NCBI GenBank assembly: GCA_951406725.2
Contig: OX597821.1
Location: forward strand, 86,924,001-86,988,000
From: Octopus vulgaris
Lineage: Eukaryota
Reading direction: 5' to 3'
Length of the DNA: 64,000 nucleotides
The translations under genes and the position numbers were made by a program. Below are positions 26,147-39,300 of the stretch, one piece after another. The notes beneath the pieces are model-generated. The model did not search any database. It was not told where the DNA came from and was given only the letters and a program-made list of their open reading frames with translations. The first letter of the stretch is position 1. Every line of letters begins with the position of its first letter.

Positions 26147-29100
26147 TTATTATTATTATTGAATTAATAATTATTATTTTAATTGTACATGTAAGGTATT
26201 ATAAAAAAATAAATGAAGTTACAAGACAAAAAAAGAACTAGAAATTTGAATGAAACTCCACTTATTTACATGGCAAATAAGACTTCATAAAATCATGTTA
26301 TCTTATGAGTTTTTATATCATTAATTAATTGTCTTTAAATCATTACATAAAAGTATAGATAATATCAAGAAAGGCTCTGAAAGTGTCTGAGAAAAAGACA
26401 GTAAAATGAATGAATACAACAAGAGATTATTTAATGCAGTATCATGACAAATCTCAAAATATCAGTGAAAAAATGTTTAAAAAAAAATTAATAAAAGAGA
26501 ATAAATATGAAAAGAAAATATATTTTAGTTTGTGTTTTACAAATGAACAAGTCTGATGTACAAAAGATTGAATACTCAGACTGTGTACATTGTTGATATT
26601 GTCGTTGTTGTCCAACGGCTTAACCAATAGACCTATAATATACAATGGCACTTTCATACAAGAACTATACAGATCTACTGTACCAGTTATACCCAGATTT
26701 CTGTCACCTTGAGAATGACACTGCACTCAGATGGGAAACAATGCTTGATTGAATGGTGTGTGTGTGTGTGACAGTCTGCACTTGTTTAAACCAGTTTATT
26801 GGTCAATCTGTTTTTGAATGTCTTAAGGTTTAAAAAGGTTTACCATAACAGGATTAAATAACATAGACACTGGTATTATTTCTAACTGAAGCTTAGCATT
26901 TGAGTACAGAACCAAAATTAAGTTATTGTGGTTATTAGCTACATACTTGTAAGGAATAAAAGTGACTGTAGTAAGGAATTGAGACTTCTTTTACCTAGTA
27001 GAGTTTTATTATTTTACTAGTTTCAGTCATTGAACTTACTCATGCTGGAGCATTGTGCTACAAGAGTATAGTCACTTACAGTAAGCTTAGTACATTTGCC
27101 AGCCTCGCCTGGCCCCTGTGCTGGTGGCACGTAAAAAGCACCATCCGACTGTGGCCGTTTGCCAGCCTCGTCTGGCACCTGTGCCGGTGGCATGTAAAAA
27201 GCACCCACTAATCTCACGGAGTGGTTGGCGTTAGGAAGGGCATCCAGCCGTAGAAACATTGCCAGATCAGACTGGGCCTGGTGCAGCCTTCTGGCTTCCC
27301 AGACCCCAGTTGAACCGTCCAACCCATGCTAGCATGGAAAGCGGATGCTAAACAATGATGATGATGATGATTTTATTGATCTTGTAAAATAAAAAAAAAA
27401 GTTATCTTTAGAGAGATAACTGTCAGATAAATAATCGTTTCTATTATAGGCACAAAGCCCAAAATTTGGTAGGGACAGGGTAGATGATTACATCAACTCC
27501 CCGGGATTAATTAGTACTTATTGCATTGACCCTGAAATGATGAAGGATAAAGTCAACTGTGGCAGAATTTGAACAAGCGTTACACAATTTGATCGGTATT
27601 TAGTAAGACAATACCTTTGTTGCCAATAGAGATATTAGCTCACTGAATCTTTTGCATCTTGTTCTTACTTTGGTTTCTATGCTTTTAGAACACCAACTGC
27701 CACAGCTAATTTGGTTACAATTAGAAGCTATCAATTACTTCTAGCAAGCTCTCTGAGTATTTTAAAGAATTTATTTCAAGGACGCTGTTACTAATAACAT
27801 CTCCTTTCTCTCTGTACATACAAAATCTTCCTTTTCTCTCAGCCTGCTCTTAGTTCCACCACACCTTGTGCATCCATAGTTTACAATGGATATAATGCAT
27901 AATTTCTACTTACTTCTGCATATCAAGCATGGTAATGGAAGTCTGTCTTCTTTACTGCTAGGTGTATTTTGAGGCCTCTAGAAACTAGATTTAACTTTCA
28001 GCATTTGAAATTTCTTCTCTAAACCTTGATAGATAGCATTGTAAGGTTATCAGTATACAAGGGTGTCTATCCATGGACAGCCTGTCGTAAATTTTTCTTT
28101 CATGACCAAGATAATTATAATAAGCAGTAGGAGGATAGAAACTGATATGACACCTACATCATAATTGTTTAACATCTGCCTTCTATGCTGGCATAGATTG
28201 GATGGTTTGACAGGAGCCAGCCAGGCAGAAGACTACCCTAAGCTTCTGTATCTGTTTTGGCATGGTTTTTATGGCTGGATGCCCTTCCTAAAACCAACCA
28301 CCCTGCAGATTGGACTGAGTGCTTTTTGTGTGGTACCAGCACAGGTGAGGTCAGTTTAGGCATGGGTTTTACAGTTGGATGCCCTTCCAAATGCCAACCA
28401 CTTTACAGTGTGGACTGAAATGGCACCAGCACTGGCAGGGTCAACAAGTAACTTGCAAGACAAGGAATCTGAGATAGGAGGAGGAATTGGAAGAGGTGAT
28501 CTTGAGCTAAATTCCAAGTTGAACTCATTGCTAAATCTCACCTTGCTAACAGCATCTCTGCACATACATGGATCACACACACTGTTTATCTACATATTTT
28601 TGTTTTTCAAAGATTACCAAACTAATGTATTGTATCCTGTCACAGACTTTCTCCAAGTTGATAAACGCTAGGTTTAGTGGTTTGCTTCTACCTGAGAACT
28701 TTCCTTGTAGTTGTCTCTCTCTCTCTCATCAAGAAGATATCAAGGACACTTCTACTGTAGTTGTGTCATTAAGAAGATGGGCATCAGTGGTACCCCATCC
28801 TGGAACAAACCTAAACTACTTCTCATCTAAGTAATTCTTTTCTTAATCAGTTGTTTTATAACTCTGCTATTTTCATAACTTGGTCAGTTTTTAGAATAGT
28901 GTATCTCTGTATATCGTAAAAGGAAAATAAAAGGGTTGATGTATTTAGTTTCTTGAGTCTCTGGAATGTCTTCCCTGCTTCCTAATATGGTGGAATGCTC
29001 TCTATCATATCCTGTGTTTAAGAGCACTAGTTCTCTGAAGCATTAGTTTAAGGTATTGTTGCTTTGCTTCTCTCCTACTACACTGTACCTTGCGGTTAGC

Positions 29101-29241
29101 TATTCCACTGATGTTGTTGAAAATTTGCATATTGGGAATACATATTGAGCACTTAACACCATTCTTTGCATTTACAAAAATATATATATCATCATCATCG
29201 TTTAGCGTCCGTTTTCCATGCTAGCATGTGTTGGACTGCTA

Positions 29242-29289
<48 letters not shown>

Positions 29290-29420
29290 ATATATTTATA
29301 TATATATATATGTGTGTGTGTGCGTGTATATATTTATATATATATATATGTGTGTGTGTGTGCGTGTATATATTTATATATATATATATATGTGTGTGTG
29401 CGTGTATATATTTATATATG

Positions 29421-29459
<39 letters not shown>

Positions 29460-29492
29460 TTATATATATATATATGTCTGTGTGTGTGTATA

Positions 29493-29586
<94 letters not shown>

Positions 29587-29662
29587 TCTGTGTGTGTGTA
29601 TATATTTATATATATATATATTTATATATATATATATATATATGTCTGTGTGTGTGTGTATA

Positions 29663-29698
<36 letters not shown>

Positions 29699-32600
29699 GA
29701 GAGAGAGTGACGACTACGTTTTCTTTAGTTTGTCTACCTAAATATAAATTTGTGTACACACACACACACACACACACACGTATAAGTACTTTATTAATAA
29801 GTTGTGGTGGTGGTGGTGGAGGTGGTAGAGATAATGGTGTTGTGTAGAGATTGTTATAGCAAAGCTATAACAATATCCATCGTCTCCACCTTCATTATAG
29901 AGGTTGTATTCATATCAGAACTTATTTTAGGTCATATGTTAACGATAATATTGGATCCTCCTGTAAGACAGTTTACCTTCCTCAACCATATCCTACCTAC
30001 CTTGGCTGTGTAGTCTACAGAGTTCAGATTCTTCTGCAATCTCCTGAATTTGAAACTACTTAATCTGTCAAGCAACATTAGCAACGGGGCCACTAGTCAA
30101 TGATACTTTAATCAGAAGGGTTGCAAAGTGAAGAAGGAAAATGATGAGGTAGAAAGGTATATTAATGAATAAACAGATGTATATGTGAGATTATGTGTGT
30201 GTATGTGTGAGGGAAACATTTATTTCTCTCATGAATATAATTCTTCGTATAGTTAAATAAACATTTATTTATAGATAATGTGTGTGTGTGGTACTTATAT
30301 TATTTACAGAGAGAGAGACTTAACTAGATTATTTTATGAGGAAAATGTATAAACAGAAAAAAGGAAATAGAAAATGCTATCTATTTATGTCAATGTTATC
30401 AATGCAAAATTTCAGGTTAAAGTTGACCCACTGAGGGAAGCTATTCCTATTGCTAATAACCAGCCTTAGGGCTTAGTTTACATATTGTTGCAGAATGGTA
30501 CAATAACATAGTTATTGAATAGCTTGGGAAATTAGAGAATCTTTATTAGGCCCTGTGGATTGCTAAGATGACTAGAACCAACTGCAGACACTAGGTTGTT
30601 GCCTCAAACGAGAAAAACACTTTACACGTTTCTATCTCTTTTAACTACAAACAATGGATATCATTGATAGTTGAAAGACAAGTAGTTGATGTTAGGTGGG
30701 GCAAAGAAGAAATAAAAAAGAAGAAATGTAACAAATAACTTTTAAAGAAAATATGTCAGCGAAAGGATTCTTAGTGCTTCCTTGGAAATTTATGTGTGAT
30801 TGTCGAGTGTGAATGTTACTGGACTGTAACTGAAAAGCAAGGAGTTTAAACCTCTCGTAGAATCATTGTATTATAAGTTTAATTAATAGCGCTTTGTTAT
30901 CTATTCAGTGTCACACTATAGAAGTGGAAACAAAAAGAAAAACCTGGCTGCCAAAACACTTGCTTCATTCAAGAAAGGCACTCATGCAAATATATATAAC
31001 TTTACTTACTTTTTAAATTATGCCAACATTGAAAGATAAAATGTGACTCAGTTATGAACCAGTATTATTTGAAGTTAAACCTATGGATATCAACTGAATT
31101 GTTATTTCAGGGTGTTGCAGTATAGACTCAAGAGATTAAAACTTTTGTTACCATATTTCTGTTGCAAGATTTAGGAAAACCATTTTGTCCTTATTAAAGC
31201 TGGCGTTTGGGGCATAAACTAACATGAAGTTTCATTACAATGTAGCTCACTTTGAAACAAGAAGTTTGTATCATAGAACCAGGGATGATCTCAGGCAAGT
31301 TGTAATCAAAAGGGTTAAATCCTAGCCCCATGGCCATATATGTATATAAATATAGCCATCTGAAGTTGATTTATTGGATTACACAAAACTGAATTATAGT
31401 ACATGAATCAACCCTTTTCCACTACTCTAGTAAACAGAAATGCAAAGATTCAGGAATTCTGTGCCAAGTCTAAGCTATATATATATATATATATAACTAT
31501 AGCACTTTATGATTACCAAATAAACTGAATGTAAATATCAATATAAACAATAAGATTAACTTTGGTTGATATTTACAATTCAACTAATTATGAGGAAGCA
31601 ATATTGTATAAGTTGGAGAGATCAGTATAGTTCAAGTGTGTGAGTGCATAGAATTAAAACCATCTGGAGGTATATGGAAAACACAACTGAAATATTAAAT
31701 ATAATGAGGCTTAAAACAGTATAAGGGTGTGTCGGTGGTGGTATAAAGTGTGAGTGTGTTGGAATAGAGACTTAGGTTTTAGGTGCATGGCATCTTTTGT
31801 CAATAGTTCAATCAACTTTTGCTACAACTCATAATATATACAACTTATACTGAAACTACAGATAATTAGATGGGTAAACTGATTAGTTGGGTCTCACTCA
31901 GTGGTTCTCAGCTATTTGTAGTCTCCTTCCTTTCACTGAATGGCATTTTACAAATGCCCTCTTTATATGCTACGAGTCAAAAAAAAAAAAAAAAAAAGAG
32001 GGTGGGGCAATTATTTTAATCAAACAAGCTAATTATGCTCAGTGGTTTATTATCCATATTTTGTTATACTATCCCATATAACATGTGCTTCAAAATAGAA
32101 TTTTGCATGGATCAGTGCTCTCTCTCTATCCCTTATGTTAAGATTTTTATAGAAATAACTACTCATACTGGACCTTGGTGCATCATCAGTCATCTTTCTG
32201 ATAACTCATAAACACAATGCCTTATCTCCCTATTTTAATCTGACAAAAATGTTTTTTGTTTTTCCCTATAAATGTGTTTAAAATAAAAGCCACCTAAGTT
32301 TAACCCTAAAACATTCAAATTACTCCACCAAATCTAATGCTTTTTTATTCACCTTGTTTTGAATTAATCATGCATTATCTTGTGGCTTTGAGATTTTGAT
32401 GATGCGGTTGTTTTATTCTTAGAATGACATTGTAGGGTAGATGTGAAAGGCTGGATCTGGTCGGTTTGAACATAAAACAAGTAGAATTTTTGGACTGGTT
32501 ATGGCTGGTTTAAATGGTAAAGAGTTAAATATTTTATTTCTAAGAAAAATCTCCACACCACTAAAACTTTCCACCCACCACCCCACAATAGCATTCTTTA

Positions 32601-35600
32601 ACATTTGTTATTATGCTGTGAGCTCATAATGCCCTCAAGAGGGTACTACTACTACTTAGCTTTTAAAACCTACAACTCCCTGCAACCATTGTTTATCACA
32701 CACACACACACACACATATACAAAAGTTGCATATGTGTGAACAAAAGGAAAGAAGGAGGGCTTAATTTTGAAGACACTTAAGGAGTTCCTGTTTGCTTCC
32801 AACTCATTCAACACCCACTCATTCATCACCTTGGTTTTCTATTCTTTCCAGCAGTAGTAGGAATTATTCTTTTGGATCAGTAAAGTCTTGAAACACCATA
32901 CAGAAAACATTTGAGATTTGTCATGAATCAATTTTATAAGTACAATTAGAAACAATAAAATGAAATAATAGTAATATAAATGTTCATTTTAAATAATCAT
33001 TCACCAACTCAAAGACACCAAATGATGATGATGATGATAGTAATAATAATAAATAATAATAATCATATAAAATGTTTTGGGTTTTCCTTAAATAAAAATA
33101 GCTTAAGATGCCATGTAAAGATGAAAATATTTTGAACAGGTTCCTTTTGCATTGGCATAGAAAATGAGAGTCAAAGGAACACAAACATTTCTATCATGCA
33201 AGCCTATAACATTCCAATCAATCAGCCAAAGAAAACCTTTCATATCAGGTATTAAAAAAAAAAATGAATGGGGGAGGAAGTGGGAAGAGGTAGTGGAGGG
33301 GATGAATTACCAATAACAGATAAATATACATATTCTTAAAAATAACATAAGTATATGAGGGTGGATGCACATGTGTGTGTGTGTAAATGCATACTGAAGG
33401 GACGTGGTCTAGCAGCTGGGTATTCAGCTCATGATCATAGGGTTGAGGGTTCAGTTTCTAGGCCAGATGGATGGCATGCTGTATCCTTGAGCAAGGCACT
33501 TCATTTCACATTGTAACAGTCTAACTGTAAATGAATACCAGCCAAGTGCTGCTACAGCTGTCATATTCTGGATGTGCTGCTAGGTCAAGGATGAAAGAGG
33601 ATGAGAGAATGTTTGTGCTTGTTCAGGACAATATAGGCACTTAAAACAACTAGTAAAGTAGGGTACATGTTATCAAGACATACTTAGAAGTAACAGCTGG
33701 TTACACTTTTCTTCTAATGTTGAAGAATTTGGAATTTTAAACTTAACTGCATTGTTACTTTTGAAGTATTTACAAAAAATAATTTTCTTCTGCTTTCAGA
33801 ATTGTCTCCTAATTTTATCAAACATTCTACAATATATATATCCAATATATATGTAAATACTCCAGAATCAGTTGCTGCCACAAAATATTCAAGAAATGCC
33901 AATAAAATCTTTTAGAGTGTAGAAGATGGTTGATGGAACTATTGTAAATCAAGAATCTGCCTCAGTAATGGATTCTATTTGGTAACAACTTGTACATCCC
34001 TATACTCAAAACTAGTTCAATACTCTTATTAATGATCAAGAAATAAATCTAATTTTGATTGATACTAAACTATAAACCTTTAAAAAATTAAATACAGAAT
34101 CATTCTTAATCTTAATCTAAAATAATGGGATTATATAATCTTAATGATATCGGTAATGTTTGTCTGATATTTTAACAGTTTTCATCATTAACAATAATCA
34201 AAATTTGTTTGAAAATTCCAAGTAATGAAATAAGTTTATAGAGTGAATAATAAGTCTTATATTTGATTCTTCTCCATTTCTTCTCCTGTCCCAATTGTTT
34301 TGCTTTTTTATCTAGAGAAATTATCAGAAGTAAATCAATGAACTCAAGAATGTAGGAGCTCTAGGAGGTCTTACTTATAGAGTCTTTGGTAAAAACAGGA
34401 AATGTAAGAATCAATAATAGAAAAGGTCTCCTAGTGGTTGTAGTCTTAGCTGAATACTTGATCATGTCTGGTTCTTCATAAAAACAGGATGTGGTTTACT
34501 TAATTAACAAGACCCCCTACATCTCCATATGGCAGTGGTTTGGATTCAAATTACCATATCTTTGGCCAAAACTTGGCACAAGGCCTTTGAAGACATTGTT
34601 GTGAGTGAGACTGGGTGAATATGAAGCTGTGATTGTAAGTATCTATAGGAAATACCATGATGCCATATCTATAAAAATTAACAACTCTTGGTAATTGTCA
34701 TCATGAAAATTCTAATTATAACTTAAATGACTTAAATTTTGTAAATATATCTTTTATAATGAATAAAATGGGATTTTTTTTTTAAAGAGTCTGGTCAAAA
34801 CAATGATGAGGAACCTCCCAGTAAATATCTGTGTAATAGGGATTTCTGACATAAGTGTAAGACTTCAGAATTAAAAGAAAGGAGCAAAAAAAAAATTTTT
34901 TTTATGCTGGAATATACAGAAAATATAATCTAAATTAGTTTTCTCTAAATTACTGATTTAAAATTATGAGAGTCCTTTCTAAAGAATTTTGCTAAAAATG
35001 TTTAACTAACTACAGAAACTTCTAGATACAACTCGAAAACTAGGACATGGAAATTGTAAATTGTCAAGAATTCAATTTGAGAAACTAATCAACTACATTA
35101 TTTCAATCCGCAGCAGCTGTTATGTGAAACTGTAGATTTTTACACGTTATTTTTAAAACTGATTATACAAATATCTTTCAGAATGTCTTTTTTTACACTC
35201 TTAAAATGCATGCCTTATGGCTGATTGGAGGAAGGTTGAAGTAACAGGCTTGATGAAAATGCACTGGTAGGGTAACGTGCAAGATGGATTGATGTTCAGT
35301 GGTCTGGAAAAAGTTTTTAGGTGGCAAGCTGGGTGCAATGTTTACCTGCGGTAGCTGGTCAAGACATGAAATTTCACTAAAATTGCTATAATTTCATAAG
35401 GCAGATATATTTTAAAGAATAAAAGAGGGTAAAAATGGACTGTTTCATTTCATCTTTTGTGTTTTCAGTGTCTAACATGTCTTGATCAGTATATTCTCTG
35501 ATCATCTTTAAGTGTCAGACTATGTATATATATACACATTCAAATATTTGAGTTCAAATTAAAACTACAGCCAATGAGAATAACTGATTCCACTTTGACT

Positions 35601-36266
35601 GGTGGTTTATATAATCAGTTCAAATATATGTATAATCAAAGACACAAAAAGAAGATCATAGAATATACTAATTGAAAAGCAGTGAAAATAACAAACACAG
35701 AAGACACAGTCCCAGGAAGTTTGATTTAGCCTTGGAAAGCTAAAACAGCCATATGATTTGGTTGAGAATGGCAGGTACATGCAAGCGTGTGCATATTACC
35801 ATTTCCTTTCTTACCAAACTGACATCGGTATTTGATCTCTAGATATTTCGGAGTTCCACTACAAGGGTCTCCGCCAAACAACTCATTTGTCACTTTAAAT
35901 GAACAAGATCTTTTACTTTCACACCTGGGTCATGAGACAGAGAAAAAGGATGACAATATTGGTGACGGAGACTAAAAAATATTCATTAAATCAGAAATTA
36001 TGATATTAAAACCTAGAAATCTTGGAGAAAAAGGGAATGTGAAATTAAATTTCTTGCTTTTTATTCTTCTACTTGTTTCAGTCATTTGACTGCGGGCATG
36101 CTGGAGCACCACCTTTAAGGGTTTTAGCCAAAGAAATCGACCCCAGGACTTATTCTTTTCTAAGCCTAGTATGTATTCTATCAGTTTCTTTTGTTGAACT
36201 GCTAAGTTATAGGGAGGGACATAAACACACCAACATTGGTTGTCAAGTGGTGGTGGTGGTGGGGAG

Positions 36267-36304
<38 letters not shown>

Positions 36305-39300
36305 AATGTGCTTATTTCAGTTTCTGTCTACCAAATCCACTCACAAGGCCTTAATCGGTCCAAGGCTATAGTAGAAGGTATTTGTCCAAGTAGAAGACGC
36401 TTGCCAAGTCTCATGCAGTGGGACTGAATCCAGAGGCGTGTGGTTGGGAAGCAAGCTTCTTACCACGCAGCCAACCTGCGCTTTGCTTAGATTAGATCCC
36501 AACGAGGCCTTAAAAAACAAGGAATCAATTTTCTGAGAACTAACCATTGCTATAATGGTTCTGGCAATGAAAATACTTTCTCACAAAGTCACAAGGTTTG
36601 AAATTTGGAGAGGAAGGGAGCAGTCGTTTATATCAACCCCAGTATTTCACAGGTACTTTGCTGCAAACCCTGAAAGGATGAAAGGCAAAGTTGGCCTCGG
36701 CAGGATTTGAACTCAGAATATAAAGGAACAAAACGAACTATCACAAAGTATTTTGTCAACAACTTCACTGATTCTGTCAGTCACCATTGCAACTACTACT
36801 ACTACTACTACTAGTGCTACTGCTGCCACCACTATTAATAATAATGGTTTCAAATTCTGGCACAAGGCCAGCAATTTCAGGGAAGGGGCTAAGTCGATTA
36901 CATCACCCCCCCCCCCCCAGTTCTCAACAGGTGTTTATTTTATTGACCCCTAAAAGGATGAAAGGCAAAGTCAACCTCAGTGGAATTACTAATAATCCTT
37001 TCTATTGGAAGCACAAGGCCTCAAATTTTGGGGAAGGGATAAAGTTGATTATATCGACCCCAGTGCATAACTGGTACTAATTTTATCGACCCTGAAAGGA
37101 TGAAAGGCAAAGTCAACCTCGGTGGAATTTGAACACGGAACGTAACGGTAGATGAAATACCTATTTCTTTACTACCCACAAGGGGCTAAATAAGAACAGA
37201 CACACGGATTAAGTCGATTACATCGACCCCAGTGCGTAACTGGTATTTGTTTAATCGACCCCAAAAGGATGAAAGGCAAAGTCGACCTCGGAGGAATTTG
37301 AACTCAGAACGTAACGGCAGACAAAATATGGCTATGTGTTTCGCCCAGCGTGCTAACGTTTCTGCCAGCTCACCGCCTTAGTAGAATTACTAATAATAAC
37401 AATAAGGACAGTGAAATGGTAAAGAAGTAAATTATGATAATATTAATGATAAATAATTCCTTGTGCTCTAGGTACAAAGCTAAAATTTTGGGGGATGGGG
37501 CAAGCCAATTACACTGACCCCAGTGCTCCGATGATACCTATTTTATCAACCCCACCAAATGATAAAAGGCTAAGTTGACCTTGGAGGCATTTGAACTTAT
37601 AATGTGAAGGGTCAGAAAGAAATGGCATTAAGTATTTTGTTTGGAGTGGGAACACTTTTGCCAGTTTGCTGTCTTTATTTATGATAGATAATGAAAATAA
37701 AATGAAAAAGATAAAAAAAATACAAAAGATTAAGAATTAATAATGTGTATAGTGAGAGAGAGGGAAAGAGTGTGGGGGGAAGGAGGAGTGAAAAGGAGGC
37801 ATAGAGTGAGGGGGAAGGAGGGAGTGAGGGGAAGGAGGGAGTAAAAAAGAGGCAGAGAGTGAGGGGGAAGGAGGGAGTAAAAAGGAGGCAGAGAGTGAGG
37901 GGGAACAAGAGAGAGAGGGAAGGAGAGTGTGAGACAGAGGTAAAGAGTGAGAGAGATGGAAGACGTGTGTGTGAATGTATGCATGTGTGTGCATACGTGT
38001 ATCCATGCACATGTCCATTTATAAACAACCACATACTATGTTTAGACATACAAAAACAGACATACTAAACCTCGCACACAGACACAAGTCAACTACTACT
38101 GAATCGACAAGATCTAGAGTCAATGATTTACACTTATGTTTCAAGTAAAGCACCACTCCAATCCATTCATCTTTTCCCCAACTCACTTGGCTACTTTTAG
38201 AAAGTTCATTACTATCATCAACATCATCATCATCATCATCACCATTTAACATCCATTTTTCCATGCTGGCATGGGTTGGTTGGACAGATCGACGAGGGCC
38301 AGTAAGCCAGAGAACTGCATCAAACAAGCAACCAAACTACTCGGGCATGGCTGGATGCCCCCCCCCCACTTTTTTAAAAATGGTTCTGGCACTTGTAAGG
38401 TCAAGAACAATTTAAATATTTTGTGTATTGTAGAAGTGTAAGTAATTCATTGCACAAAAATTTTAACAACAAAAATCTTATATGGACCCCCAAGGGCCAT
38501 ATAGACCTTGGTTGAAAACCACTGATATAGCAGTTCTGTGTGCTGAGTACATAATATGGAGTATCGTGTGGTAGTCTGTGCATAGTGGGGATATTGTATC
38601 AGATACCATGTGGCAGCCTGGACATTTTGATGTCTTAAATCCTAAACCACAGCCTAATTTTTGTGATTCAGTTATTGTTTAACCCAGAGTCAACCCTAAT
38701 TGAGTAATTCATTCATTCAGTTCTCATTGTGCCTAACAGTAAGATCATTCCACAGTCTAACACTGAAAGCGTCCTTGTGAGCTTGTTCCATTGTTGACCC
38801 TCTGCTTTTAAGACCTTTTATTATTCTTTTCTGCCACATTTCCTTTGGTTGGTCATGTTGCCTTTTACCTGGTGGAACCGACTGTAAAGCAGTCCTGATA
38901 ACTGAGTTTGGTTTATAGTGATAAACTCGACCCAACCATTTCCATCTCCTTATTTCAGTGGTTTCTCTTACTGGTTTCACGTTAGCCTTGGTATGTAGTT
39001 GGCTAATCGAGATCATATTCAGCCAGTAGAACTTAAAAATTTTTCGTAAACATTTAGTTTGAAACACCAATTTCTTTTCAATACTTTTGGTTGTTTTCCA
39101 ACATTTGGATCCATAGAGGAGGAAGCTAAGAATGTTGCTTTTGTAATATTGTAATTTGATGCTCTTGCTGAGTATTAATAATTTCCATATTGAATTTAAC
39201 ATACCAAATGATTGGTTGGCTTTGCTGATTCTTGTATTTATTTCATGAATGTAGTCTCCATCCATTGTTATTTTGGTGCCTAGTTAGATTGGTGCTTTTA

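Noticed and set aside
29166-29847. YI/CV-rich ORFs
   Set aside because: Translations of (TA)n/(TG)n microsatellite.
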